From Torpedo marmorata (lineage: Eukaryota), in the NCBI GenBank assembly GCA_977017645.1, contig OZ360240.1, positions 75,826,001 to 75,890,000 on the forward strand: DNA of 64,000 nt, given 5' to 3'. This document shows, piece after piece, positions 11,204 through 23,629 of this stretch. The notes below the pieces were generated by a model. That model did no database searches. It was not told the DNA's origin and saw nothing but the letters and a program-made list of their open reading frames with translations. The first letter of the stretch is position 1, and the number at the start of each line of letters is the position of its first letter. The position numbers and the translations under genes are program-made.

Positions 11204-12697
11204 CTAAAGTGGTGTGCGGCTAGGAAGGAGAAAACAAAAAGTCCACCCCCCCGCCAACAGATTTTTCACAACATTTATTATCATATCTTCATTTAGCTTC
11301 TTCAAATCCTTATGAACTTGGTCTTCACCAATCTCGATCTCGGCCTCATCCTCTTTTCCTGAAGTACTTCGCAAAGAAACTTGCGACGGTGAAATATCTT
11401 GAACTTGGTGATGTTCCATCATATCTTGATCTTTCTTCAAATACGGAAGATAATTTGCATGTTGGAGCGCTTGTTGACAATCCGTAAAAAAACAATATTG
11501 ATTCCCTGTAGACTGAACCTTCAAAACCGCAGGATATCTAAACGAAAACTTATACCCCTTATTCCAAAAAATTGCTTTTGCTGGATTAAATTCCTTTCGT
11601 TTATTAACTATAACTGAACTCAAATCAGGATAAAAGAAAACTCTATTCCCCTGAACCATCAATGGACCATTCTGCGACTTAGCGTTTTGAATAGCCAATT
11701 TCAATACCTTCTCTTTATCCGGATATCGAAGACATTTAACTAAAACTGAACGTGGTCTTTGACCAACATACGGTTTCCCCCTACCAACTCTATGTGCTCT
11801 CTCTAACTCCAGTCCAAACTGAAAATTACCAATACCCAGAGCATCTGGAATCCATTTTTGAAAGAATTCAGTCGTATTTTCAGGTAATCCCACAATTTTG
11901 ATATTGTTCCTCCGGCTCTGATTGTCCAATACATCCAGCTTTTGTAAAAGTTCATTTCTTTGCTGCTCCCAACCTGTAAATGAATCTTCTACTTTATCAA
12001 CTCTATCTTTATAATCCACCATTTCTTCATAATGTTCTTTAACCTCTTTTTCAATTTCTTGAACTTTCACTTTTACTGTATTCACAGTATTTGTCTGTCT
12101 TCTCATATCTTGCTTAATATCTTTCATTTCTTCTTCAATTCCATTAAGTCTAAGTTCCAAACGATATTCCATTGTTGATATCCTCTTTGTCATGTTATCA
12201 ATAGCCTTAAGTATTTGTTGAGCTACCGATATTTCAATCTCTTCTCCACTTGAATCTTCAGCCTCTCCCTCCATTTCTCCCATTTCTTCTTCCATTATTC
12301 CTTTCTTCTCTTTCTTTTTATCTTCTGAATCTGATGAAGTTTCAAGTCCCACAACATATTGTAATGATTGTGGGACGTCTCCTTTGCCGTCAGCCTTATC
12401 TGACAGCTCCCGTTGTCTATCGCGCATGCGCACCATTTTGCACATGCGCGGTTGCTCAGTTAAGATTTGTAGTTTTGTAGTCTTCCTTCGAGCACCGGCG
12501 CCATCTTCCCCAGCTCCCCGGGACGGCAGCGCCGGTGCTTCAGTCGCTCTAGGCACCCTCGTCCGAGTAGTTCTGGGAGGGAGAGAAACTTGAACCTGAG
12601 GCTCCATCAAGCAGGTAGGCCGATCTTCTTCTTGAAATAAACTTTGTTGAAGCATTACTTTCCTTGTCTTTTGTTCTTTCGTTTTTCTTGTGGCCAT
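11204..12697 (-). CDS. L1 ORF1p (coiled coil, RRM, CTD), open frame
   Basis: SRRNNIKIVGLPE, LERAHRV, FFYPDLS, YPAVLKV motifs; likely start MATRKTK at 12697. Confidence 0.85.
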   Translation of the reverse strand: MATRKTKEQKTRKVMLQQSLFQEEDRPTCLMEPQVQVSLPPRTTRTRVPRATEAPALPSRGAGEDGAGARRKTTKLQILTEQPRMCKMVRMRDRQRELSDKADGKGDVPQSLQYVVGLETSSDSEDKKKEKKGIMEEEMGEMEGEAEDSSGEEIEISVAQQILKAIDNMTKRISTMEYRLELRLNGIEEEMKDIKQDMRRQTNTVNTVKVKVQEIEKEVKEHYEEMVDYKDRVDKVEDSFTGWEQQRNELLQKLDVLDNQSRRNNIKIVGLPENTTEFFQKWIPDALGIGNFQFGLELERAHRVGRGKPYVGQRPRSVLVKCLRYPDKEKVLKLAIQNAKSQNGPLMVQGNRVFFYPDLSSVIVNKRKEFNPAKAIFWNKGYKFSFRYPAVLKVQSTGNQYCFFTDCQQALQHANYLPYLKKDQDMMEHHQVQDISPSQVSLRSTSGKEDEAEIEIGEDQVHKDLKKLNEDMIINVVKNLLAGGWTFCFLLPSRTPL

Positions 12698-12842
12698 TGT
12701 TAAGCCTTTAATAAACACTCTTAACTTATTTTTAAACTAAATAAAGTATCTTATAAACAGTGTTTGATTAAATCTGTGGGGAGAGGACTCCATGTCTCCG
12801 ACCTACGCCATCAAACCACGCACCCCCCCCCCCCCCCCCCCC

Positions 12843-14774
12843 CATGGGCTACTTCCTTAAGCATTCTGGGATGCAGACTATCTGGCCCTGGGGATTTGTC
12901 TGCCTTTAATCCCTTCAATTTATCTAACGCAACCTCATGACTTACATTTATTTCCCTCAGTCTTTCCGTCACATTAGACCCAGGGTCCCCGACTATCTCC
13001 TGAAGATTATTCGTGTTTTCCCTAGTGAAGACCGAACTAAAGTAGTCATTCAATTGGTCTGCCATGTCCTTGTTCCCCATGATCAATTCACCTGTTTCTG
13101 ACTGTAAGGGACCACATTTGTCTTAACTAATCTCTTTCTCTTTACATATCTAAAAAAACTTTTAGTCATTTTTTATGTTTCCTGCCAACTTTCTCTCATA
13201 ATCTCTTTTGCCTTTCCTGATTAATCCCTTTGTCTTCCTCTGTAGAACTCTGAATTTCTCCCAATCCTCAGGTATACAGTTTTTCCTTGCTAGTTTATAC
13301 ACTTCCTCTTTAGATTTGATACTCTCCCTGATTTCCCTTGTTAGCCATGGATGCACTACCCTCCTTGAGTTATTCTTTTTCCAAACAGGGATGAACTGTT
13401 GCTGTAGTTCATCCAGGTGATCTTCAAATGATTGCCATTGCCTTTCTACCGTTAATCCTTTAAGTATCATTTGCCAATCTAACTTAGTCAATTCGCATCT
13501 CATACCCTCAAAGTCACCTTTCTTTAACTTCAGAACCTGAGTTACTGAATTAACCCTGTCACTCTCCATCCTAATGTAAAATTCCACCATATTGTGGTCA
13601 CTCTTGCCCAAGGGGCTTCTCACCACAAGATTGTTAACGAACCCTTCCTCATTACTCAGTACCCAGTCTAGAATGGCCTGTTCCCTCGTTGGTTCCTCAA
13701 CATGCTGGGTTAGAAAACTATCCCGTATACACTCTATGAAATCCTCCTCCTCAGTACCCTTACCAATTTGGTTCACCCAGTCAATATGTAGATTAAAGTC
13801 ACCCATTATAACTGCCTTACCTTTGTTGCACGCATTTCCAATTTCTTGTTTAATGTCATCCCCAACCTCTCGACTACTGTTAGGTGGCCAATATACAACT
13901 CCCACTAGCGTCTTCTGCTCCTTTGTGTTTTGCAGCTCTACCCATATTGATTCCACATCCTCCAAGCTAATATCCTTCCTTTCTATTGCGTTTAACTCTT
14001 CTCTAACCAACAACGCTACCCCACCTCCTTTTCCTTTCTGTCTGTCCCTCCTGAATATTGAAAATCCATGGATGTTGAGCTCCCAGCCTTGGTCCCCTTG
14101 AAGCCATGTCTCTGTAATCCCAACTATATCATATTCATTAATAGCTATCTGCACCTCCAAATCATCCACCTTATTACGAATACTCCTTGCATTAAGACAC
14201 AAAGCCTTCAAACTTGTTTTTACCACAGTTTTAACCCTTTTACCATTATGTTAAAAAGTGGCCCTTTTTGATTTTTGCCATGGGTTTACCTGCCTGCCAC
14301 GTTTGCTTTTCACCCTGCTATCTTTGGCATCTACCCTCATGCTACACCTTTCTGTCTCTCTACTCCTGATCTCAATCCCCCTGCCACATTAGTTTAAACT
14401 TTCCCCAACAGCACTAGCAAACACTCTCCCGAGGATATTGATCCCGGCCCTGCCTAGATGTAGACCGTCCTGTTTGTACTGATCCCATCTGCCCCAGAAC
14501 CGATTCCATTGCCCCAAGAATCTGAACCCCTCCCTCCACTGTTCAAGCCACATATTCATTCTATCTATCCTGCTATTACTACTCTGACTAACTCGTGGCA
14601 CCGGCAATAATCCAGAGATCATTACCCTTGAGGTCCTACTCCTTAACTTCCTTCCTAGCTCCCTAAATTCTGCTTGTAGGACCTCATCCCGCTTTCTTCC
14701 TATGTCGTTAGTACCAATATGGACCACGACAGTTGGCTGTTCACCCTCCCCATTCAGAATGTCCTGCAGCCGCT
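12843..14774 (-). mobile_element. CR1 LINE 5' part (ORF1 esterase plus ORF2 endonuclease), continuation of 5366-6134
   Basis: SGNH esterase 14389-14727 (HIGTNDI, DGLHL); APE endonuclease 13162-14226 (NARS, ITETWL, GDFN, SDH); 12811-13086 KSPGPD. Confidence 0.93.
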
Positions 14775-14863
14775 CCGAGGGTTGTAGGTCAATTAGGTGT
14801 AATTGGGCGGCACGGGCTCGTGGGCTGAAATGGGTGTTACCATGCTGTATGTCTAAATTTAAA
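14775..14863 (+). mobile_element. V-SINE 3' half
   Basis: CCGAGGGTTGTAGGTCAATT...GCTGTATGTCTAAATTT matches the 3' ends of intact copies (e.g. 59447-59528). Confidence 0.88.
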
Positions 14864-15189
14864 ATTTTTAAATCACTTTGCTTCTCTCAAGCCTCATCAT
14901 ACATCAATCTCGCAAACACTCATAACCTATCCCAAAATATTCATTTCTGAAATCTATATCTAATTTGCATTTGAAAGCATCATTACTAATTGATTCTGCT
15001 GTCTCCCTTGGAAGCCTGTTCGATAGATTGGCCTTTCACTCACTTAGAATTTATTTCTGCAGATTAGTTTTGAATTTAACCTCTTCATCACAGACTTTGA
15101 TTCTATTGTTTCAGGCAAGGTAACAAATACATTTAATTTTCTTCATGCTCAAAGTTAAACGTCGTAAGCTTTGTAATCTTATTATTGGA

Positions 15190-15980
15190 ATCATAAGAAA
15201 TAAGAACAGGAGTGAACCAATCAGGCCCTCAAGTCTGTCCCATCATTCAATAAGCTTATGGCTCAACAATTTTAGTGCTAACACCATTCTCCCACTCTCT
15301 CCCCCTTCCCTCATTTAAACACAAGGCAGTTTTCACCAGTAGATGTTCAGTGACTGGCTCTACAGTTGTCTGGGCTACAAAGATTCATGAACCTTTGTCT
15401 TCGATGGGCACCACTGATTTGAAAACAATGGACTCTGCTTCTACGTATTTCCCCCACTTGGGAAATATCCAGATGCAGAGTCCATTGTTTTAAAATATTT
15501 CTCGCAGGGGAAATATCCTTTCAGCATTCATCCCATCAATCCCAGTCAGAATCTTGAATGCTTCTTTAAGTGAGTCCATCTGTTCAACCCATCTCCACAT
15601 ATCAACCTCCTTCATTGCAGGATTCAAACAATGAAACCCTCTCCACACAGCCTCTAATGCAACTAAAGCCTTCTTTAAATTTGTACACAAACTCCGGGTG
15701 TAAAGTAACAACAAAATCTCCCTAGTTTAATATTCCAAATACTTTTCACAATCAAAGCCAACATTTGCACTCATTTTCTAAATGCCAAACCTTTGTGTTT
15801 TATGCACTGGGACCCCAGGTTCCTTTTTATGATTTTGTCATTATTTTTACAATAATCTGTTTTATCATCCCTCCTTCTGAAGTGGATAACCTCACATTTC
15901 CCCACATTATACTCTATCGGCCAACTTCTTGCCAGTTATTTAACCTATCTCTAACCCTTTGCAGTCTCTTCACATCAACA
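15190..15980 (-). mobile_element. Old CR1 fragments
   Basis: Degenerate CATAAGAAATAAGAACAGGAG tail; ORF 15490-15714 (EAFKILTGID, ERIFPL). Confidence 0.55.
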
Positions 15981-16329
15981 AATTTGGCCATAGCACTCTT
16001 CGTCCCTTCATCTATTGGTGTCTCAGTCTTTTCCTTGTTACATCATTCCTGCTCCCTAAAATGTATCATTCCTGCTATATAGTGTAGGGAATTTCCATGG
16101 CATTTTTACTATCAACTGTGGTTATTTCACAATTGGCCCTTCTGCTGAGCTTCTGTTAATCTTCCACCACTGGGCAAATATGGGAGAGATTCTCAAGGGA
16201 ATCCCAGGCATCTTTGCTGGTCTGAGATTTTAATCTTGCCTGGTTCACATGTTCTGTCTCAGCTGGCCTGGATGTTGTCAACAGTAATCTTCTTAATCAG
16301 TGAACAAATTTCTGTGATCTGGGCATGTA

Positions 16330-16535
16330 TCCGGATATTGAAAGGGCTAGATAGACTGGATATGGAGAAGATGTTTCCAATAGTGGGAGAGTCTAGGACC
16401 AGAGGGCACAGCCTCAGAATAAAAGGATGTCCCTTTAGAACAGAGATGAAGAGAAATTTCTTCAGACAGAGGGTGGTGAATCTGTGCAATTCATTGCCAC
16501 AAATGGCTGTGGAGGCCAAGTCATTGGGTATATTT
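16330..16535 (+). mobile_element. CR1 3' fragment (continues at ~18397-18545 after nested Rex1 and L1)
   Basis: RTRGHSLRIKG..FF.QRVVNL.N.LP motif; resumes with TAAAGCGGAG..AAGGGTATCAAAGGTTATGGG. Confidence 0.8.
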
Positions 16536-17842
16536 GTATACCTTCTATAATGTCCTGCCTGAGCGGCGACATGGATTTGCCTACTGTAGCAACAGGTCTA
16601 CGGTAGATGCCATCTCACTGGCTCTCCACAAGACCTTGGAACACCTGGGCAGCAAAGATGCATATAGTAGGATGCTCTTTATTGACTAGAGTACAGCATT
16701 CAACATCATTATACCCTCAAAACTAATCCACAGACTTTCATATTTCACTCCACAAACTCCAAGACCGGGGCCTCAATACTCCACTGTGCAATTGGATCCT
16801 GGATTTCCTCACCTCCAGACCACAGTCAGTACGGATTGGCAAGAGCATCTCCTTCACAATCTGCATCGGCACAGGAGGACCACAGGGATCCGTACTCAGC
16901 CCCCTGCTTTACTCGCTTTACACCTAAGACTGCATGGCTCGGTACGACAACAACACCATATACAAATTTGCTGACGATACCACTGTAGTGGGCTGTGTAA
17001 CAGGGGGTGATGTGTCAGCGTACACGAGGGAGATTGAAAACTTGGCTGAATGATGAACAACCTCTCACTCAATGTCACCGAGACCAAGGAGCTGATTGTA
17101 GACCTCGGGAAAGGAAAACCAGAGATGTACGATTCAGTAATCATTGGGGGATCAGAGGTGGAGAGGATGAGAAATTTTAAATTCTTTGGAGTCACCATCT
17201 CAGAAGATCTGTCCTGGACCCACCATATTAATGCCATTGTGAAGAAAGCATGTCAGTGCCTCTACTTCCTTAGGAGTTTGAGGAGGTTCGTAATGTCATT
17301 GGAAACCATGGCAAACTTCCACAGCTGTGTAGTGCAAAGTGTGCTGACACATGGGGGCATGTGGTATATGCGGAAAGGCCTGCAAATGGTAGTGACACAG
17401 CCTAGTACATCACAGGCAAAACCATCCCCACCATCGAGATCATCTACAGGGAACCCTGCCGTCGGAGAGCAACAGCAATCATCAAAGACCCACACCACCC
17501 AGCACACGCTCTGTTCTCGCTGCTGCCATCAGGAAAGAGGTATAGGTGCCACAGGACTCGCACCACCAGGTTCAGGAATAGTTGCTACCCCTCCACCATC
17601 AGACGCCTCAACAACAAACTAATTCGCAGACTCATTTAAGGACCCTTGCTTTGCTCATTATTTATTACTGAATATTTATATTTCTGTATTTGCACAGTCA
17701 GTTTGTTTACAGTTCTTTCTTTATTTGAGTGCAGTTTACAGCTACCAGTAATTAGAAATTCTGCCTGGCCCACAGGACAAAGAATCTCAGGGTTGTATGT
17801 GATGTCATGTATGTACTCTGACAATAAATTTGAACTTTGATC
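16536..17842 (+). mobile_element. Rex1/Babar LINE, 5'-truncated
   Basis: [28 protein letters not shown] motifs; tail GACAATAAATTTGAACTTTGA. Confidence 0.88.
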
Positions 17843-17848
17843 TATACT

Positions 17849-18379
17849 GTTTTAAAAAATTATTTTATTTAAATTTTTTAAATCACATAATACATAATTC
17901 AAAATATATAGTTTCCAAAATACATTGATATAAATTTCCTCCCCCCACTCCCTCCCACCCCTCCCCAACCCCACTATTCTAAAAATAGAAATAGAAAAAG
18001 AAAAAAGAAAAAGAAAAAGAGATTAATAATGAGGAGAGAACCATCTGAAAACCAATTTTAATCTGGAGGTTAAACTCGCCAATAGATCTGATTTCCAAAA
18101 ATTTCAAATCCTCAAACCCATAACTCTCATATATGGGCTCCAAATTTTTAAAAAAGAATGATATTTATTACGTAAATTATAAGTAATTTTTTCCAAAGGA
18201 ATACACGAACGAAGTTCTGCATGCCATCTATCTAAATTCAAATCTAAATCTGATTTCCAAGTAATAGCAATACATTTTTTTGAAACAGCTAAAGCAATAC
18301 GCAAAAATTCTACCTGATACATATTCAATCTATTCCTAATACTAAATTTTCTAATATCTCCAAAATAGAAATAACATAG
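17849..18379 (-). mobile_element. 5'-truncated L1 (related to 6135-12842) with 17-bp TSD
   Basis: TSD GAACTTTGATCTATACT at 17832-17848 and 18380-18396; ORF 18104-18328 closely matches ORF 6416-6679. Confidence 0.92.
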
Positions 18380-19194
18380 GAACTTTGATCTATACTTAAA
18401 GCGGAGCTGACATGTTCTTGATTAGTAAGGGTATCAAAGGTTATGGGAGAAGCTAGGAGAATGGGTTTGAAAGGAAAAATATATCAGGCATGATTCGAAT
18501 GGCAGAGCAGAGTTGATGGGCTGAATGATGCAATTCTGCTTCTACACTTTTTGGAATCACTTACAGAGAGAGCAGAGAAAGTGTAGACTGTTGATTGCTT
18601 TTTCTGGAAAGAACAGTTAAGGATTTAACCTTTTGTAATCCCTGCAGTGTGATTCAGTGAATCAATTAAAGAGGGTTGAAGTGAATAGTTTGCTCATCAA
18701 AATGCTACAATTTTCATAAGGGCACTGAGGATTAATGTTCCATTTATAGCTCCCCATCTAATTGCGCCATTAAGTTCAAAGTGGCATTTAACAGCATATA
18801 AAAGTGTACAGAGATCATGCAGTGAACATGAGCTAACGGCAGACTCTCTTACACAGTTCATTTGCTATGCTGAGTTAATTCAAATACAGTACCATGGATG
18901 CTAAATCTGTTAACCAACTTCTAAATTCTGAGCAGCAAAGACTGACGTAATTGGACAATGTTCTTCCAGCGTCAAGGTATCAAAATCATTTTATAATCAT
19001 TTACTTTGGAGATGGGATCACTGCGTAAATGTAAGAAATCGGAGCTATCACAAGTACTGATGTGGCTGTCACTGGCTTTTTGGTCAGGGGGTACTTCTGG
19101 AGACTGTCACATTGGGAAAGCTATCGTCCTCTTCTCCGAAACAATGCCATGAGAAGTCTTCCACATCTATCTGCCATGGTGGCCAGGGCTTTTT

Positions 19195-19945
19195 TTTCAG
19201 ATTTATTGTCAGAGTACATACTTGACATCACATACAACCCTGAGATTCCTTTTTCCTGTGGGCGAGGCAGAATTACCACTAATTGGTAGTGCAAAAAATA
19301 AACTGTACACAGCGTATACATGTAAACAAACAAAGAACTGTAAACAGATAACGAATGTAGACAAACTGTGCAATACAGAGAGAACAAAAAGAAAATCAAT
19401 AAAGTGCACAAGTAAGAGTCCTTAAATGAGTCTCTGATTGAGTTTGTCGTTGAGGAGTCTGATGGTGGAGGGGTAGCAGCTATTCCTGAACATGGTGGTG
19501 TGAGTCTTGTGGCACCTATACCTCTTTCCTGATGGCAGCAGCGAGAACAGAGCGTGTGCTGGGTGGTGAGGGGCTTTAATGGTTACTGCTGCTCTCCGAC
19601 AGCAGCGTTTCCTGTAGACATGTGCTCAATCGTGAGGAGGGTTTTGCCTGTGATGTCCTGGGCTGTGTCCACTACCTTTTGCGGGGCTTTACGCTCAGGG
19701 GTATTGGTGTTCCCATACCAGACCATGGTGCAGCCGGTCAGCACACTTTCCACCAAACATCTGTAGAAATTTGCCAGGGTTTCTGGTGTCATACCAAACC
19801 TCCGCAAACTCCTGAGGAAGTAGAGGCGCTGACGTGCTTTTTTCACGACGCCATTGGTGTGCTGGGTCCAAGAAAGATCCTCCGAGATAGTGACTCCCAA
19901 GAACTTAAATTTGCTCACCCTCTTCACCTCTGATCCCCCAATGAT
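19195..19945 (-). mobile_element. Rex1/Babar LINE 3' fragment
   Basis: ORF 19583-19927 (KFLGVTISEDLSW, RQRLYFLRSL); 3' UTR like that of 16536-17842. Confidence 0.9.
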
Positions 19946-20009
19946 GTCTCATTGTAAAGGTAGCACCTCCAACTGTGATCCACTTAGGTATGAGCCTAGG
20001 CTTAATTAG

Positions 20010-20425
20010 AGTCACAGAAACAGGCCCTTCAACCCAACTCATGCATGATGACATAGTTGTTGATCTGATCTAGTCCCATTTGCCCGCATTTCCCTCTAAA
20101 CCGTTCCTATCCATGTATCTGTCTAAATGACTTCTAAACATTGTAATTATTTCTGCCTCTACCACTTCCTCTGGCAAATACCCAGCACCCTCTGTGTGAA
20201 AAAGTTGCTCCTGGCTCCTTTTAAATCGTTCCCCTCTCACCTTAAATCTATGCCCTCAGTTTTAGACTTCCCTACCCTGGGAGAAAGAATGCCACCATTC
20301 ATCTTATCTACGCCCCTCACATTGTCAGCCTCCTACACTCCAAGGATAAAATTCCCAGCTTATCCAACCTCTCCTAATAACTCCAGCTATTCAATTCTGG
20401 GAACATCTTCGTGAATCTTTTTCAT
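20010..20425 (-). mobile_element. Old CR1 3' fragment
   Basis: CACAGAAACAGGCCCTTC tail; ACCCTCTGTGTGAAAAAGTTG motif. Confidence 0.65.
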
Positions 20426-20454
20426 GAGGTAGAGCACCAACCCACAAGTTTCGA

Positions 20455-20600
20455 CTCAGTCTGAATGCCACTGAATCCTGAAGAAGGGCTCAGGCCCGAA
20501 ACAACGACTGCCTTTTACTTCCTGTGGATGCTGCGTGACCTGCTGAGTTTCTCCAGCACTTTTGTGAACTGCACCAGACCCCAGCATCTGCATATTTCCT
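20455..20600 (+). mobile_element. Penelope-derived short repeat with hammerhead-like core
   Basis: CTGAAGA-A-GGGC..GCCC-GAAAC at 20478-20502; GACCTGCTGAGTTTCTCCAGCA shared with 27982-28003. Confidence 0.7.
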
Positions 20601-21599
20601 TGCTTACCACAGAGCCTGGCTACTGCCGCGAAGCTTATGAGGCATGGAATGGAACAGCACAGAGATAGGCCACTCAACCCATTGTATCCATGCTGACATC
20701 ATGTATCATCTACACTAATTCCAGTCACCGGGTCTGTAGCTTCTACGCCTTGAAGATTCAAGTATTTGTCTAGAGATTTCAATTATTTCTTTGTCCTTGC
20801 CTGTTTGACTAAGCTTAGCAGTCTTCATCCTGGGGTTCTCAACCAACTGAACTGAATCTGGCACAGTAAAAGAGAGACTACAAAAACAACCTGTATTTGC
20901 ATATTTGCATAGCTGTCATAACACTGTGAAGCACTTCACAGGAACCTTATCGGGGCCAGAGGGAGGAGGGGCTAGGGAAGGACACCAAAAGGAAAAGTAC
21001 GTTTTCAGCAGCTTCATAAGGTTGGAGAGTGGGGTAGAGAGACAGAGGGACAGAGAGGGATTTTAGAGTTTGCTCCAGGTAGTAGCAATTAAATTCTGAG
21101 GTTCGAAAAATGCTTGACACAATTCCAAATAAAACCTGGCATTGTGCTTGATTAACTGGACTGGGGAGACTTTTCTCACAGTCCTGAGACTTCCTGCCTG
21201 CTGGGAAATGCTCCTCCTTGTTTCTCCGCCCGCTTCTTTTTGCTCCCAGTACGTTTCCTGGTGCAGGATTGCCCACCCTCCCAACGATGGCAGCAGTAGC
21301 GCAGCATGTGCGATTGATTCACTGCCCGAGGGGTTCTCACTTCCTCACAGAAGGGCGGGATTTTACCGACCCCTTTGCCCCGGCACCGTTCTTTCAAAGG
21401 GCTGGCACACAGGGAGTAACCTTCACTGCACATGCACAGGTCACTCTCGGCTTCCTAGCCTCAGGACCATAACAGGCCACTACTGCTGTTCTCACAGTTT
21501 GTTGCATTAAGAAGGTCTCGCCTACTGAAGGGGGAGGAGACTTCACCTACTTCCCGTCTGGTCCACAGGAGCAGGCAGTGGACACACGGGGTAGACTAC

Positions 21600-22420
21600 A
21601 TTGCAGTATTCCCCAAGGTGCAGGTCATTAGAAGGCTGCACTCATGTCTAACGTAGTGCCTAAGGCGCATAACTCACACCCTAACTCCCCAAGGCCTGTC
21701 CATCATCTACAAGGCTCAAGCCAGGAGTGAGATGGAAAGTTCTGCACCTGTCTGGATGAGGGCAGCTTTGACAACACTCTGGGAGCTCTGACACCAGGCC
21801 AGCCCACTTGATACACACCCCATTCACGACCACTGACTCACTATGTCATCAACACAGGCAACTCACCAGGACTCGTTCGACAGCACCTTCCGAACCCTGG
21901 TCCCTGTGGAACAGAGATGACGAGGTTTCTTCAGTCAGAGGGTGATGAATCTGTGGAATTCATTGCCACACACAGCTGTGGAGGCCAAGTCATTGAGGAG
22001 ATTTAAAGTGGAGGTTGATAGATTATTGATTAGTAAGGGTGTCAAAGGTTATGGCGAGAAGGCAGGAGAATGAGGTTGAGAGGAAAGACACAACAGCCAT
22101 GATTGGAATGGGGAACAGACTCGATGGGCCGAATTCTGCTCCTGTCTTATGGTCTTATGGACCTCTACCAGCTGGAAGACAAGCATGAGGAACACAGCCA
22201 GCTGGAAGTTGCCCTCCAACCCAGCACCGTTCTGACATGGAAATACATCGCAGTCACTGGGTCTAGATCCTGGTCCTCCCTCTCTAACCACACTGTGGGT
22301 GTCCCCACAACTCAAGCACTGTGGCGGTTCAAGAAGGCAGCTCCCCACCACCTTCTCAAGGACAATTAGGGATGGGTAATTAAATGCTGGCTCAGCCGGT
22401 GGAGCCCACATCCCTGGAAT
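21600..22420 (+). mobile_element. Old LINE RT 3' region (CR1/L2 group) interrupted by a CR1 tail at ~21905-22160
   Basis: ATCTACAAGGCTCAAG (IYKAQ); 3' end GACAATTAGGGATGGG..GCCCACATCC; related piece at ~55880-56210. Confidence 0.55.
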
Positions 22421-22619
22421 GATTTAAAAAAAATCGTCTTGCCAGGATCACCTAGCTGCAAAATCCTGCTGAGTCTCTGTGACCTCAGTTGAACTGTGAC
22501 CTCTGTGGGTACTTCCTTCGCCATCTTGTCTAAGATCTCCAAAACCTCTTGGGATCACTCTCCCTCCCAGCTCCTATTATTGTAGCTCTGTTCATTCAGT
22601 AGCATGGTTTAAATTTAAT

Positions 22620-22890
22620 TTTTTTAATTTTAATTTTTAATTTAAAAAAAAATTTAAACAATTCGGTAACAGGCCATTTCGGCCCTCGAGTCCGTGCCGC
22701 CCAAATTACACCCAATTAACCTACATCCCCGGTACGGTTTGAACGGTGGGAGGAAACTGGAGCCCCCGGGGAAAACCCACGCAGACACGGGGAGAACGTA
22801 CAAACTCCTTACAGACAGCGCGGGATTCGAACTCCGGTCCCGATTGCTGGCGCTGTAACAGCGTTGCGCTGACCGCTACGCTAACCGTGC
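22620..22890 (-). mobile_element. V-SINE
   Basis: Full head, V-domain and CR1-like tail on the minus strand. Confidence 0.9.
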
Positions 22891-22976
22891 CATCCCGGTT
22901 TGCCCCTCATAATCTTATACACCTCTATTAAGTCAACTCTCATTCTTTGTTGCTCCAAAGAGAAAAGCCCTTGCTC

Positions 22977-23629
22977 TGTTGTAGCGTGGAGAATCTCGTC
23001 TGTCACGTAATCCTAGCCAGAAGTCGCTTCACCTGCCAATCAAGGTTGTACTCCACCCACCCGTTAGTGGACACCTGACCATTGGCCCCTTTAATCACCT
23101 AGCGATTACCTGGGCAGAGCCTCCAGTTTACTGTACTATAAAGTCCACCATGTGGAGCAGCTCTTCCTCTTTTGCTTTACGGCCCTGAGACGAACCCTGC
23201 TCCACTCCAGGTCGTGAGCTGTGGACAATGCTGGAGGAGTCGTTGGTAAGGTGTGCACTACATAGAGATCGGGGCTGTTGTATATTGTTGTAGATGGCAT
23301 CTGAGCCATGCCCACGTTAGACAAGTAACGGCGGGTAGCGTATTGTTGTCAGTCCTTGGTTGTGATAAAAGCCTGTATAAACAGTTACTAGTATAGGTAA
23401 TCGTTGTATCCAATGTGACTGGGCTGTACTGTGCTTGTATGAGTGTAAGCAGTTGCTAATATTGGTAGTGTTGAGTATACTGTGTTGTGTGATTGAGAGT
23501 ACTGGTGTGTTGCGATCCCTGTTGCGATCCCCTTATGTGTGTTTCAATAAAGATCATTCCTGTGTTCAGCCTGTGTCCAGACTCGTTGCTCTAAGAACCC
23601 ATCAAAATTGGTTCCCTTCCCACACAACA
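22977..23629 (+). mobile_element. Solo LTR (~653 bp) within a CR1 fragment
   Basis: Termini TGTTGT...ACAACA; CCAAT ~23036, TATAAA ~23137, AATAAA ~23546; flanks on both sides are minus-strand CR1. Confidence 0.75.

Larger units (their letters stand above)
6135..12842 (-). mobile_element. L1-clade LINE, 5'-complete, disrupted, with 16-bp TSD
   Basis: TSD CATGGGCTACTTCCTT at 6119-6134 and 12843-12858; ORF1 11204-12718; ORF2 pieces: EN 10808-11008 and 10360-10875 (GGDFN), RT 9243-10091 and 8987-9262 (LDAEKAFD, RQGCPLSP), C-terminus 6416-6960; A-rich tail ~6135-6180. Confidence 0.95.

Noticed and set aside
20940-21560. Unique GC-moderate region with short ORFs
   Set aside because: No recognisable protein motif or supportable exon structure.
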